Shown here: positions 8,484 through 16,915 of the stretch, one piece after another
Numbering within the stretch: the stretch's first letter is position 1
Layout: the number at the start of each line of letters is the position of its first letter
IMG/VR virus record: IMGVR_UViG_3300028802_000007
Span: 1-64,000 of that record
Source: a virus
DNA: 64,000 nucleotides
Direction: 5' to 3' (one strand)
The notes under the pieces: generated by a model
Told to the model about the DNA's origin: nothing
Seen by the model: the letters and a program-made list of their open reading frames with translations, nothing else
Database searches by the model: none
Program-made: the position numbers and the translations under genes

Positions 8484-8993
8484 CTATTCGGTCGTCTTGG
8501 ACGACTTGGTGGTCTCGGTGATCTTGCGATCGACGGTGACCGTGGGCAGGCGCTCGAGGACCTGAGCCATCAGATCCTTGAGGTAGCCGACCTCCTTCTT
8601 GAACCGCTCCTCGCGGAAGTCCATCTCCTTCTTGAACGCCTCGCGCTCGAGCTTCAGGTTCTCGGTCTTGACCTCGAGCACCGCTTCGGCGCGAGCCGTC
8701 TCGATGCCCTTCATGGCCTGCTCGGCCTCGAACTCCTGGCGCTTCCGCTCAAGACCCACCATGTGGGTGACCTCGCGCTTCTCGCGAGCGTTGTTCTCGA
8801 TGATCCGGTCCTTGTCGATGGACAGAGCGGCGATCTGCTCCTGAAGCTCGGTGACGCGCTCGGTGAGCTCCTTCTCCTTGCCCTTGACCTTGAGGGTCGC
8901 CTCAAGCTTGGCGATGGAGCCGCGCAGCTCGAGGACGGTCTCCGACAGTTGTGCCTCGAGTGCGATCTTGGGATCGGGCTTTCGCTGGAACAT
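8484..8993 (-). CDS. coiled-coil protein
   Basis: E/K-rich heptads; RBS AGGAGGTCAACC-ATG. Confidence 0.75.
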   Translation of the reverse strand: MFQRKPDPKIALEAQLSETVLELRGSIAKLEATLKVKGKEKELTERVTELQEQIAALSIDKDRIIENNAREKREVTHMVGLERKRQEFEAEQAMKGIETARAEAVLEVKTENLKLEREAFKKEMDFREERFKKEVGYLKDLMAQVLERLPTVTVDRKITETTKSSKTTE

Positions 8994-9041
8994 GGTTGAC
9001 CTCCTGAAGGATCAGTCGTGGTTTGGTACTAGCCTACGATA

Positions 9042-9452
9042 CTACGAAGACACCTCCTTATCCGGGGTGGGGTTGGCGAGGGCGGCGACGACGCGGGCAG
9101 CAATCTCATTGCATCGGCCACCGTCCAGTTCCTCGCCTTGATGCCCGTCCTCGTTGGGGGTCAGTTGCTGATGTATCACGTAGGCAACGTCGTCCACGTC
9201 CAGCGGTGGGGTGGCGGGGCGGGAGAGGGCGAGCGCGTCGAACAGGTCGAGCGCGATGCTCTCCCATGCGGCGAGGCTGGGGTTGTCCATCGTTGCCGTG
9301 ATGCGGTCGTGGAACGGTCGCAGCGCCGCGTCAGCCTCTGCGCTCGACTCGGGGGTGGGCGCTAGACGCACCGGATGCGACCGCTTGGGCGCATATCCCG
9401 GTTCGTAGTCGTGAACGAGGCGAACGCGGTTGCCGCAATCGTCGCACATCAT
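9042..9452 (-). CDS. hypothetical protein
   Basis: 136-aa ORF; SD lies within the 22-bp repeat. Confidence 0.55.
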   Translation of the reverse strand: MMCDDCGNRVRLVHDYEPGYAPKRSHPVRLAPTPESSAEADAALRPFHDRITATMDNPSLAAWESIALDLFDALALSRPATPPLDVDDVAYVIHQQLTPNEDGHQGEELDGGRCNEIAARVVAALANPTPDKEVSS

Positions 9453-9480
9453 CGTCCTGCTCCTTCCTGCCCGCCACCCG

Positions 9481-9576
9481 TCATCGTGCCAGTACCGTCG
9501 GGATGAGTGCGATGCCGTAGATGAGGCCGATGAACGCCCCGACCTTCAAGCCCCACAGAACGTCCTTGCGGCTCAT
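9481..9576 (-). CDS. small membrane peptide
   Basis: MSRKDVLWGLKVGAFIGLIYGIALIPTVLAR. Confidence 0.5.
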   Translation of the reverse strand: MSRKDVLWGLKVGAFIGLIYGIALIPTVLAR

Positions 9577-9740
9577 CGGTCGGCTCCTTCCTGCCCGCCA
9601 CCCGGCCACCCGTCCTTGGGCATATCGCAGACCGCGCAGAACTCGGGGCGGCGGCTGTCCCACTTGCCGAAGACGTGCGTGTGACGCTGGCGGTGCATCT
9701 GCCCCGGCTCGGGCTTGCCGTCCTTCCGTGGCTCGTTCAC
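9573..9740 (-). CDS. small hypothetical protein (CxxC)
   Basis: GTG after the repeat SD; CAVC; ends GGGQEGADR. Confidence 0.5.
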   Translation of the reverse strand: MNEPRKDGKPEPGQMHRQRHTHVFGKWDSRRPEFCAVCDMPKDGWPGGGQEGADR

Positions 9741-9913
9741 TTGGCTCCTTCCTGCCCGCCACCCGTGGGAACCGGGGCGGTTCGTACGGTTCGCAGACCG
9801 CGACACGGGAGGCAGGTGTAGACCTTCGTATTCGGCCCGAAGTCCCAGTCGAGGTCGCGCTTCCACTCGTGCTTGTGCTTCGGATCGTCGGTCTGACGGA
9901 TGCGCCCCGTCAT
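9737..9913 (-). CDS. small hypothetical protein (CxxC)
   Basis: ATGA-coupled; HKHEW..CLPC; ends GGGQEGAK. Confidence 0.5.
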   Translation of the reverse strand: MTGRIRQTDDPKHKHEWKRDLDWDFGPNTKVYTCLPCRGLRTVRTAPVPTGGGQEGAK

Positions 9914-10134
9914 CGCCCGCCACCCGTGGCAAGCTCGTCTGTCCTGGGATCGGTCGCCCAGTCGTCGGACGCTAGCGCGTCGAGGGCGTCTGCGTACCTG
10001 GCGACGATGCTGTCGGTCAGCCGCTCGATGAGCCTCCGACGACGCCAGCGCGAGACCGCCGGATGGAGGAACTCGTTGAAGGCCATGCCCAGGAAGAACA
10101 TGCCAGCGGCAGCGAGGATGGCGGCGAACTTCAC
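9910..10134 (-). CDS. small membrane protein
   Basis: N-terminal hydrophobic helix followed by RWRRRR. Confidence 0.55.
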   Translation of the reverse strand: MKFAAILAAAGMFFLGMAFNEFLHPAVSRWRRRRLIERLTDSIVARYADALDALASDDWATDPRTDELATGGGR

Positions 10135-10445
10135 CGCTCGATGCCCAGGATGAGCAGCACGCCGTCGATGATGTCCGCATCGGATGCGTTCTTGTTGTGC
10201 TCGAGGAACCACACGATCTCGGTCTTCTGGTTGCGGCGAAGGGCCTCCGTCGCGAGCTCGGCTCCTCGAGTCCGCGCCTGGGACTCGATGGACACGATGT
10301 GCGGTCGGATGGCCGTCGGAGCGATGCGGGTCAGCTCATCGGGCCAGCGGATGTCGGCCTCGGCCAGCCACAGGTCCAGACGACGTCCGGCCTCCGTCGC
10401 CGGCTCCACGATCTTGACCGGCACCTTGTCGGCGCAATCTCTCAT
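10131..10445 (-). CDS. hypothetical protein
   Basis: RBS TGGAGGTCAACG-ATG. Confidence 0.65.
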   Translation of the reverse strand: MRDCADKVPVKIVEPATEAGRRLDLWLAEADIRWPDELTRIAPTAIRPHIVSIESQARTRGAELATEALRRNQKTEIVWFLEHNKNASDADIIDGVLLILGIER

Positions 10446-10539
10446 CGTTGACCTCCAAGAACGAACGCCAGGACGGCGATAGCCAGGATCATGGCCGCAC
10501 AGCCTAGCCCGTCGGCCAGACGCTCCTGCCAAGTGTCCT

Positions 10540-10806
10540 TCATCCCAACGCCGCTCGAAGGGCACCGAACCTGTCGCGATGGATACGCAGGCACTCGTCG
10601 CATTCGTCGGTCGGCCAGTTGGGATGCTCATGCGAACCGCGATGGTCGATCGGCTGGAGGAGGGCCTGGGCCGCCGCTCGCAGCTCTCCGTCGAGCAGGT
10701 ACGGGTTCTGCTCGATGGCTCGTGCCGCGACGTACGCGACGGTGCCCTTGTTCTTGCGGGTGAAGGAAACCACCCACTCCACCTGATCAGATCCGTCGAA
10801 GGCCAT
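10540..10806 (-). CDS. hypothetical protein
   Basis: 88-aa ORF, TGATG-coupled; CDEC. Confidence 0.6.
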   Translation of the reverse strand: MAFDGSDQVEWVVSFTRKNKGTVAYVAARAIEQNPYLLDGELRAAAQALLQPIDHRGSHEHPNWPTDECDECLRIHRDRFGALRAALG

Positions 10807-11057
10807 CAGAGTTCACGCACGGCGGCGGCCATCGCGATCCTGGCCTCGTACTCCTCTGTCCCGTGGTCGTACTGGTCCATGCCGCGCAGACCATCTCCAT
10901 AGACCTCGATGGGACCATAGTACCGATCCAGCCAGGTCCTCACGACGCCCACCGCCGCCTCAGCCCGGCGAACCCGCTCCTCGAGCAGCATCCACGCATC
11001 CGGCGGGTGAACCAGCTCATCCCCGCCCTCGAACGCTGTTTTTTCGCGATCAGGCAC
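10806..11057 (-). CDS. hypothetical protein, first gene of leftward early operon
   Basis: GTG with GAGGAGG SD just downstream of the leftward promoter. Confidence 0.65.
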   Translation of the reverse strand: MPDREKTAFEGGDELVHPPDAWMLLEERVRRAEAAVGVVRTWLDRYYGPIEVYGDGLRGMDQYDHGTEEYEARIAMAAAVREL

Positions 11058-11086
11058 TGCACCCTCCTCTACAGCCGTACCGCCGT

Positions 11087-11115
11087 AGCATCGTGTCTGG
11101 GTACTGTCGTGTCAA
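11087..11115 (-). promoter_or_regulatory. leftward sigma70-type promoter
   Basis: TTGACA-17 nt-GATGCT upstream of gene 10806..11057. Confidence 0.6.
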
Positions 11116-11381
11116 GTGGGGATGGTGGTGGTTGGATGGATGGTTTTGGTCGGTCGGATGCGAGAAAAGTGCGCCGCTCGACGCCCAAAGCAGCCCCCCG
11201 GGAAGTCGCCGACCGGGGGGGGGCCGGTCCCCGGGGGCCGCATGCTACGGTTCTCCCAGAGGCTCTAGGATCAACGGAGCCGCCGGTGGAGGGTGTCAGG
11301 TGGGGAGCGGTTCCACACAGGGGGTCCAACGCCACCTTGGTACCATACGGGGGCTCCTGCGCGACCTGGGCCCCTGAGCTA

Positions 11382-11420
11382 ACCGTAGCAAGCGTAGCAG
11401 TGCTACGCAGCATGCTACGC
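11382..11420. repeat. CGTAGCA iteron/palindrome cluster in divergent control region
   Basis: ACCGTAGCAAGCGTAGCA-G-TGCTACGC-AGCA-TGCTACGC. Confidence 0.7.
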
Positions 11421-11617
11421 AAGGGCGAGGTCGGCGGGCAGAGGTCGTCGAGGGCGTCGTCGCCGGATCGCGAGCGTTCCACCAGTCGGAGGGCTAGCAG
11501 TGGTGGGGCACGAGGATGGCGGCGACTCGACCGCCGGTCCCGGGTCGTGCTCTAGGGTGGGCTGTCCCTGCGGCTAGGATCACACCGGGTGACCCACCGA
11601 CAGGACCTTCGCCCAGC

Positions 11618-11647
11618 TTGACACCCCCACCACAGATGGAGGACAAT
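11618..11647 (+). promoter_or_regulatory. rightward sigma70-type promoter
   Basis: TTGACA-18 nt-GACAAT upstream of first rightward gene. Confidence 0.6.
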
Positions 11648-11693
11648 CAGGGCCGACAGGGCGACCCGCCCCCCGCACTCTGGAGGTCAACCA

Positions 11694-11816
11694 GTGACTC
11701 GCAAGGCACGAACCATCGCGGCGAACAAGTCCCGCCCCATCCCCGCCTGTGACGCCTGTGGCCGTCGTGGGGATACCGACCACGTCTGCTCCGACCGACA
11801 GGCCGTCGCCCGATGA
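11694..11816 (+). CDS. small Zn-finger-like early protein
   Basis: GTG after CTGGAGGTCAACCA; CDAC..HVC; below ORF-track cutoff. Confidence 0.55.
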   Translation: MTRKARTIAANKSRPIPACDACGRRGDTDHVCSDRQAVAR

Positions 11817-11989
11817 CGACCACCGAACGGGACATGCTCACCGACGAGCGCCAAGCCCTCCTCGACCGCCTCGTGCGGGTGGACCTCGTGTCCGAAGGTC
11901 TGGGCGTGCTGGAGCGGGCGCTTGAGCGCCGCGCCCTTCGTCAGCGCATCGATGAGATTGACGCCCTCCTGACGGCGACCGTCCGATGA
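11813..11989 (+). CDS. small hypothetical protein
   Basis: 58-aa ORF, ATGA overlaps at both ends. Confidence 0.55.
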   Translation: MTTTERDMLTDERQALLDRLVRVDLVSEGLGVLERALERRALRQRIDEIDALLTATVR

Positions 11990-12435
11990 CCGACATCGAC
12001 CTGTGCGTCTGCGGCCATGAGGGCTGGGAGGGCCACACCCACGACGACAACATGTGCCTGACCCCCGGCTGCTGGTGCGGCGTCGTCAAGGCCCAGCAGG
12101 GTGCCTCCCTCCACCCGGTGGGCGACCGCTGGATGGTCCGCATCGTGACCGAACCGCTGGGCCTCCTCTGGCACGGGATGGAGCGGGACTGGACCCGCAC
12201 CCGCCAGACCTACGAGGAGGGCACCATCGTCGAGGTCTACGACCGCAAGTACGTCGAGGGCTTCAGCCCCATCGGCCAGTTCGTCACCGCCTACGGTGCC
12301 CGGACCCTCCTCTCCCCCCGTGGTGCCCACGCCCTCTCCCTCCATGGCGGCATCCCTGAGTGGACCCTGACCCGCGACGAGGTCACCACCCTGATGGGGC
12401 TCATCGTCCAGTACGGCGACATCCGCCTCGACTGA
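11986..12435 (+). CDS. hypothetical early protein
   Basis: 149 aa, N-terminal Cys/His cluster. Confidence 0.7.
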   Translation: MTDIDLCVCGHEGWEGHTHDDNMCLTPGCWCGVVKAQQGASLHPVGDRWMVRIVTEPLGLLWHGMERDWTRTRQTYEEGTIVEVYDRKYVEGFSPIGQFVTAYGARTLLSPRGAHALSLHGGIPEWTLTRDEVTTLMGLIVQYGDIRLD

Positions 12436-12504
12436 CCCTCACCCCTGACCCCCACCCGGGTCAGGTGCGAGTGCCAGACGGACACTCAGACCAAGGAGGT
12501 CAAC
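12436..12504 (+). promoter_or_regulatory. structured intergenic element, copy 1 of 6
   Basis: CCCTCAC, hairpin CCTGACCC/GGGTCAGG, hairpin GAGTGCC..CACTC, GGAGGTCAAC-ATG. Confidence 0.75.
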
Positions 12505-12879
12505 ATGGACAAGGCACAGGCCAAGGTCGTACAGGTGGCAGTGGGCGAGGCCATCAAGGCCGTCTACGCCCAGCACGGCCTGACCGTCACGTCGTCCCGG
12601 GTCACCTACGACGACTCCACCCTCAACCTGACGGTCAAGGCGACCGTCGCCGATCCGGCGGCGCAAGCCAAGACGTGGGACAACTACGCGCCCGTGTTCG
12701 ACCTCCCTGAGGGCGGCGTCGGCAAGGTCATCACCCTCAACCGCAAGGCCTACCGCATCATCGGGCTGGACCTGAACCGTCGGGCCTACCCGGTGCGGGT
12801 CGAGGACCTCGCCACCGGTCGCCCGGTCCTGTTCAAGGCCCCGGCTGTCGCCCGGGCTCTGGCGTCCCAGACCGCCTGA
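12505..12879 (+). CDS. hypothetical early protein
   Basis: 124 aa with strong RBS. Confidence 0.75.
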   Translation: MDKAQAKVVQVAVGEAIKAVYAQHGLTVTSSRVTYDDSTLNLTVKATVADPAAQAKTWDNYAPVFDLPEGGVGKVITLNRKAYRIIGLDLNRRAYPVRVEDLATGRPVLFKAPAVARALASQTA

Positions 12880-12947
12880 CCCTCACCCCAGCCCCTCACC
12901 CGGGGCTGGTGCGAGCGCCACGTCGGCACTCAAGCAAGGAGGTCAAC
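12880..12947 (+). promoter_or_regulatory. structured intergenic element, copy 2 of 6
   Basis: CCCTCAC, CCAGCCCC/GGGGCTGG, GAGCGCC/GGCACTC, GGAGGTCAAC-ATG. Confidence 0.75.
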
Positions 12948-13301
12948 ATGACCGTCAAGGAACTCATCGAGGCGCTGTCGTCCATGGACGAGGACGCCAC
13001 CATCCGCATCGCGGGCCAGCCCTCCTATCCCATGGAGGCGGAGTTCATCGGGCTGGGGGGCCAGGTTTCCGCCGGATCACCCGACGGCGACGACGAGTGC
13101 GCCGACTGCATGGACCGTCGGTCCGACCACGTCGCCCAGTCCTGCACCCTCAAGGACCTCGACGACGACACGCCCTGCCCGTGCGAGGGGTTCGAGGAGC
13201 CCGCCAAGGACGACGAGTCGGGCGTCTGGCTGGTGGTCGGCGACAACATCGGCTACGGCGTCCCCCGCGAGGTCTACGACACCGCCCGCTACGGCTGGTA
13301 G
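12948..13301 (+). CDS. hypothetical early protein
   Basis: MTVKELIEALSSMDEDATIRIAGQPSYP, with Cys-rich insert. Confidence 0.75.
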   Translation: MTVKELIEALSSMDEDATIRIAGQPSYPMEAEFIGLGGQVSAGSPDGDDECADCMDRRSDHVAQSCTLKDLDDDTPCPCEGFEEPAKDDESGVWLVVGDNIGYGVPREVYDTARYGW

Positions 13302-13308
13302 ACCCTGA

Positions 13309-13379
13309 CCCTCACGGGAGCCCCGGTATCCCCGGGGCTCTGGCGAGCGCCAGATGGGCACTCAGGCAAGGAGGTCAAC
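13309..13379 (+). promoter_or_regulatory. structured intergenic element, copy 3 of 6
   Basis: CCCTCAC, GGAGCCCCGG/CCGGGGCTCT, GAGCGCC/GGCACTC, GGAGGTCAAC-ATG. Confidence 0.75.
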
Positions 13380-13727
13380 ATGGCACTGACGAAACAGGAC
13401 CTAGAGCGGGCCGTCGAGGACGAGCGCCGTCTGGGGTCCGTCGGCTACAACCTCGCGTTCGACCACGGCCAGAGGCTTCAGGCCAAGGGTCGCGCCATCG
13501 TCCTGCGCGAGGCCAACCGTCAGGGCTGGTCGTACGACGACCTCGTCCTGTGGGTGGACTCGAAGTACGGTCGCTGGTTCTGGGACAGCCTGTATGGCTG
13601 TTCTGATCCTGACGGCGCGGCTCAGGCCGTGACCCTCGCATGGGTCGCCCCGGGCGAGGGCGACTACGTCTACCAGCCGACCAGCGTCGAGGCCCACGTC
13701 ACGCGGGTCGAGGCCTACCGGCGATGA
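13380..13727 (+). CDS. hypothetical early protein
   Basis: 115 aa with strong RBS. Confidence 0.7.
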   Translation: MALTKQDLERAVEDERRLGSVGYNLAFDHGQRLQAKGRAIVLREANRQGWSYDDLVLWVDSKYGRWFWDSLYGCSDPDGAAQAVTLAWVAPGEGDYVYQPTSVEAHVTRVEAYRR

Positions 13728-14038
13728 CGTACATGCGGCCATGCCGACGGTGCGGCATCGAGTACGACTTCGACCTTGACCGGACCATGAACGGCCCACA
13801 CGCCCACGGCCCTGAGCCTCGAGGCTGGTCACCGGGCGGCATGACCGTCGCCCGGGAGGGCACCGCCCCCGGGACCCGGGTCCGGCTCATCCACCCCCGC
13901 GAGGGCCTGACCGTCGGTCAGGTGTTCACCGTCGGGTCCACCAGCCCGGAGCATCACTCCCAGAATGGTGGCGGCTACACCATCTACACGACGGACGGCC
14001 AGCACCTCTGGTCCGTCTGGCTGGAGGTCGTCGGGTGA
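13724..14038 (+). CDS. hypothetical protein
   Basis: ATGA-coupled; CRRC. Confidence 0.55.
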   Translation: MTYMRPCRRCGIEYDFDLDRTMNGPHAHGPEPRGWSPGGMTVAREGTAPGTRVRLIHPREGLTVGQVFTVGSTSPEHHSQNGGGYTIYTTDGQHLWSVWLEVVG

Positions 14039-14625
14039 AGGTCCTCGTGGTGTGCGAGTACAGCGGGCGCGTCCGCGACGCCTTCAGGGCGAAGGGGCAC
14101 GAGGCCATCTCGTGCGACCTCCTGCCGACTGAGGTCCCCGGGCCTCACATCGTCGGGGACGCACTGGCTGCGATCCGCGACGTTCAGCCCGACCTCCTCA
14201 TCGCTCACCCGCCCTGCACCTACCTCGCCAACAGTGGCGTCCGGTGGCTGTACGGCGGCAAGGGCACGACCATCGACCCGGTCCGCTGGGGCCAGATGGA
14301 GGAGGGTGCCGCGTTCTTCGCCTCCCTCCTCAACGCTGACGTGCCCATGGTCGCGGTCGAGAACCCGGTCATGCACGGCTACGCCCGGGCCATCATCGGG
14401 CGCGGTCAGGATCAGATTGTCCACCCGTGGCAGCACGGCCATGGCGAGCAGAAGGCGACCGGGCTCTGGCTCCGGGGCCTCCCCCTCCTGCGCCCCTCCG
14501 ACATCGTCGAGGGCCGGGAGCAGCGCGTCTGGCGGATGGGTCCGTCAGCCGACCGATGGAAGGAACGCAGCCGCACCTTCAGCGGCATCGCATCGGCCAT
14601 GGCCGACCAGTGGGGTGACCTGTGA
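14035..14625 (+). CDS. phage DNA cytosine methyltransferase-like protein (short type)
   Basis: KVLVVCEYSGRVRDAF, SCDL, DLLIAHPPC (motif IV), VENP (motif VI), RSRTFSGIASAMADQWG. Confidence 0.8.
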   Translation: MKVLVVCEYSGRVRDAFRAKGHEAISCDLLPTEVPGPHIVGDALAAIRDVQPDLLIAHPPCTYLANSGVRWLYGGKGTTIDPVRWGQMEEGAAFFASLLNADVPMVAVENPVMHGYARAIIGRGQDQIVHPWQHGHGEQKATGLWLRGLPLLRPSDIVEGREQRVWRMGPSADRWKERSRTFSGIASAMADQWGDL

Positions 14626-14876
14626 ACGTGACCTGTACGACATGCCGCAAGGGGCCGCACATCCCGTCGGCACCCGACTACCACCTCTACCGGACGGCGT
14701 CCGTCCGTCCGCCTCGCCCAGCCCTGGCCGTCGCCGGCCCGATCGCGACCGGCGATTGCCCGACATGCGCCCGGGGTGGCTTCGCTCCCAGCCATGACGG
14801 CAGCAGCCGCTGCGAGTCAGGCTCCATCGCATCCGGCGGGACCCGGTCGCACTGCTCCTGCGACACCTGCTTCTGA
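14622..14876 (+). CDS. Cys-rich small protein
   Basis: CTTC, CPTC, HCSCDTCF. Confidence 0.65.
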   Translation: MNVTCTTCRKGPHIPSAPDYHLYRTASVRPPRPALAVAGPIATGDCPTCARGGFAPSHDGSSRCESGSIASGGTRSHCSCDTCF

Positions 14877-14948
14877 CCCTCACCCCTGCCCCTCCATCCG
14901 GGGGCAAGGGCGAGTGCCAGATAGGTACTCAACCATGGAGGTCAACCC
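14877..14948 (+). promoter_or_regulatory. structured intergenic element, copy 4 of 6
   Basis: CCCTCAC, TGCCCC/GGGGCA, GAGTGCC/GGTACTC, TGGAGGTCAACCC-ATG. Confidence 0.75.
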
Positions 14949-15191
14949 ATGACACCGCTCGAACTGGCAACCCGACTGGGCCAGAGCCCAGACCTCGACA
15001 ACCGCATCACGGGCGTCGCCATCATCCTGCGCGGCCTGACCGACGACGACGGCGACCGTCAGGGCTGGCCCATGACTCCCGCCGTTGCGATCCGCGCCGC
15101 GAAGTACATCGGCGTCGAGCCCACCCCGGAACTGGTCGCGGCGGTCCTTGAGTTCGCCCCGTCCCTCCCCGACTTCTACCTCAACCGATGA
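14949..15191 (+). CDS. hypothetical early protein
   Basis: 80 aa with strong RBS. Confidence 0.65.
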   Translation: MTPLELATRLGQSPDLDNRITGVAIILRGLTDDDGDRQGWPMTPAVAIRAAKYIGVEPTPELVAAVLEFAPSLPDFYLNR

Positions 15192-15382
15192 CCGTCCAGC
15201 ATCACGTCACCGCCAACGCCCGGGCGGCGATGGAGAACGACGGCGTCGAGGTTCTGATCCTGACGGCGGAGCAGCGCCGCGACCTCGTCCGCGCCCTGAC
15301 CATCGCCGTTGACACTGAGCTCGAGGCGACCGACCGGTGGGTCGCCCTCATCAACCTCATCCAAACTGGAGCTCCACTTTGA
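15188..15382 (+). CDS. hypothetical protein
   Basis: ATGA-coupled, 64 aa. Confidence 0.55.
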   Translation: MTVQHHVTANARAAMENDGVEVLILTAEQRRDLVRALTIAVDTELEATDRWVALINLIQTGAPL

Positions 15383-15467
15383 GCCTCGCCGACAAGCTGA
15401 GGACCCTCCGCGACGTGACCTTCGTGGTCCTGTGCGTGATCCTGTTCCTCGCCATCGCGAGCCAGCC

Positions 15468-15869
15468 ATGACCGACTTCGAGGACTGCTGGCCGTTCCCC
15501 TGCCGTGACTACCACGCCACCTCAGCTCATCAGGAGGACCCGTGCCTTTGCCGGTGCCATCGGCCAGCGAACGACTACATCGGCCAGGGTGCGGATCAGG
15601 CCACGACGCCTCCACCGGAGGGACATGTACCTGGGCTTGACACGCTGATGGCGAGCCTTCAGACTGACGACATGAGGTCAACCACCGGGCTCCCCCACGA
15701 CTTCGGTCAGGTCTGCGATTGCATCGACTGCGTCGGCTGTGATCACAAGCACGTCGAGCCCGATGACGACGGCCTGTTCCTTCACTTCAACCGGTGCGCC
15801 GACTGCGACCAAGTCGTGGTCCTCACCGCCCCGGACGAAGACGGTCAATCCTTCTGGGAGGTCATGTAG
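15468..15869 (+). CDS. Cys-rich hypothetical protein
   Basis: ATG 15468; several CxC/CxxC pairs. Confidence 0.55.
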   Translation: MTDFEDCWPFPCRDYHATSAHQEDPCLCRCHRPANDYIGQGADQATTPPPEGHVPGLDTLMASLQTDDMRSTTGLPHDFGQVCDCIDCVGCDHKHVEPDDDGLFLHFNRCADCDQVVVLTAPDEDGQSFWEVM

Positions 15870-16208
15870 ATGGGCATCATCATCGAAGGGCACGTCGTGG
15901 TCAGCACCAAGACCCTGACCGGACACAAGGGCCACCACCTGACGGTCGAGGACGACTCGTTCGGGCCTCGCCTGTGGTGCGTCGAGGACGCCGTGGTCGT
16001 CGCGTCGGTCCCTCAGCCCCGGACCGATCTGCCATGCGGCTGCATCGACGTGGCGAGCCACAACGAGGACCTCGCCGTCCAACTCGACCTCCGCAAGAAG
16101 TTCCGCATCCCCAAGTCCACCTGCGTCGGCTGCTATCTGGGCGACGACGGCATCAGCATCCACTCCTGCGCCATCCACCCTGAGAGGTACTGGCCGGAAG
16201 CTTCCTGA
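15870..16208 (+). CDS. hypothetical protein
   Basis: RBS GGAGGTCA; Cys/His rich. Confidence 0.6.
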   Translation: MGIIIEGHVVVSTKTLTGHKGHHLTVEDDSFGPRLWCVEDAVVVASVPQPRTDLPCGCIDVASHNEDLAVQLDLRKKFRIPKSTCVGCYLGDDGISIHSCAIHPERYWPEAS

Positions 16209-16277
16209 CCCTCACCCCAGCCGCCGACCAGCGGCTGGTGCGAGCGCCAGATTGGCACTCATCAACGGAGGTCAGCC
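16209..16277 (+). promoter_or_regulatory. structured intergenic element, copy 5 of 6
   Basis: CCCTCAC, CCAGCCGC/GCGGCTGG, GAGCGCC/GGCACTC, GGAGGTCAGCC-ATG. Confidence 0.75.
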
Positions 16278-16844
16278 ATGACCAAGACCATCGAGTACGA
16301 GGTCCCCGCCTTCAAGGGGTCGCCTCAACTCGCCCACTACGGCGAGTGGGACGGGAACACCCTGCTCCACGCCATCCTCAACGGCGACGGACCGGCGGTC
16401 ACGGAGTTCCTGGCCGGGTTCGTCGCGGATCGCAACACGGAGTTCGACGCGGTCGAGTTGCGGTACGCCATCGTCGCCCGGGCCGTCGAGGCGACGACCG
16501 ACCTCGCCAAGGGCGTCGAGACGACCGGGTTCAAGGCCTTCGCCAATCCCGATCCCAAGGCCAAGTACCGCAAGCCCAAGGTCACCCACGAGGGCGAGGG
16601 CTGCGAGGCCAACTACTGCGACCTCGCCGCCAAGTACCGCCTCCCGGCTCCGCCGGAGGGCTTCGACGGGACCGTCCTCACGCTGGCATGCCAGAAGCAC
16701 GCGGTCGAGGCCATCGACCGTCAGGCCTACTTCGTCGCCCGGGGCGGCAACAGCAGGTACGTCTACCTGACGTCCGACGGACACAGGCAGATCAAGGAGG
16801 CCGCTCGCGACGCGCTCCTCGAAGCCGTCAAGGCCGCCGTCTAG
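16278..16844 (+). CDS. hypothetical early protein
   Basis: 188 aa with strong RBS. Confidence 0.75.
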   Translation: MTKTIEYEVPAFKGSPQLAHYGEWDGNTLLHAILNGDGPAVTEFLAGFVADRNTEFDAVELRYAIVARAVEATTDLAKGVETTGFKAFANPDPKAKYRKPKVTHEGEGCEANYCDLAAKYRLPAPPEGFDGTVLTLACQKHAVEAIDRQAYFVARGGNSRYVYLTSDGHRQIKEAARDALLEAVKAAV

Positions 16845-16915
16845 CCCTCACGCCAGCCCCTGACGGGGGCTGGAGCGAGTGCCACACGGGTGCTCAAGCA
16901 AACAGGAGGTCAGCC
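16845..16915 (+). promoter_or_regulatory. structured intergenic element, copy 6 of 6
   Basis: CCCTCAC, CCAGCCCC/GGGGCTGG, GAGTGCC/GGTGCTC, GGAGGTCAGCC-ATG. Confidence 0.75.

Larger units (their letters stand above)
9459..9929 (-). repeat. 22-bp direct repeat at junctions of tiny genes
   Basis: GCTCCTTCCTGCCCGCCACCCG at 9459, 9583, 9744; partial copy at 9915. Confidence 0.85.

Noticed and set aside
9459-9929. Mini-CRISPR array
   Set aside because: Intervals of 100-140 bp are coupled ORFs; the repeat is non-palindromic and contains an SD
11069-11690. Protein-coding ORFs 10863..11555 and 11069..11482
   Set aside because: Low-complexity translations overlapping divergent promoters, G/C runs and iterons; treated as non-coding control DNA
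12436-16915. CRISPR array or intrinsic terminators for the six intergenic repeats
   Set aside because: Copies are degenerate, separated by whole genes (0.4-1.6 kb), lack U tracts, and no cas operon is present
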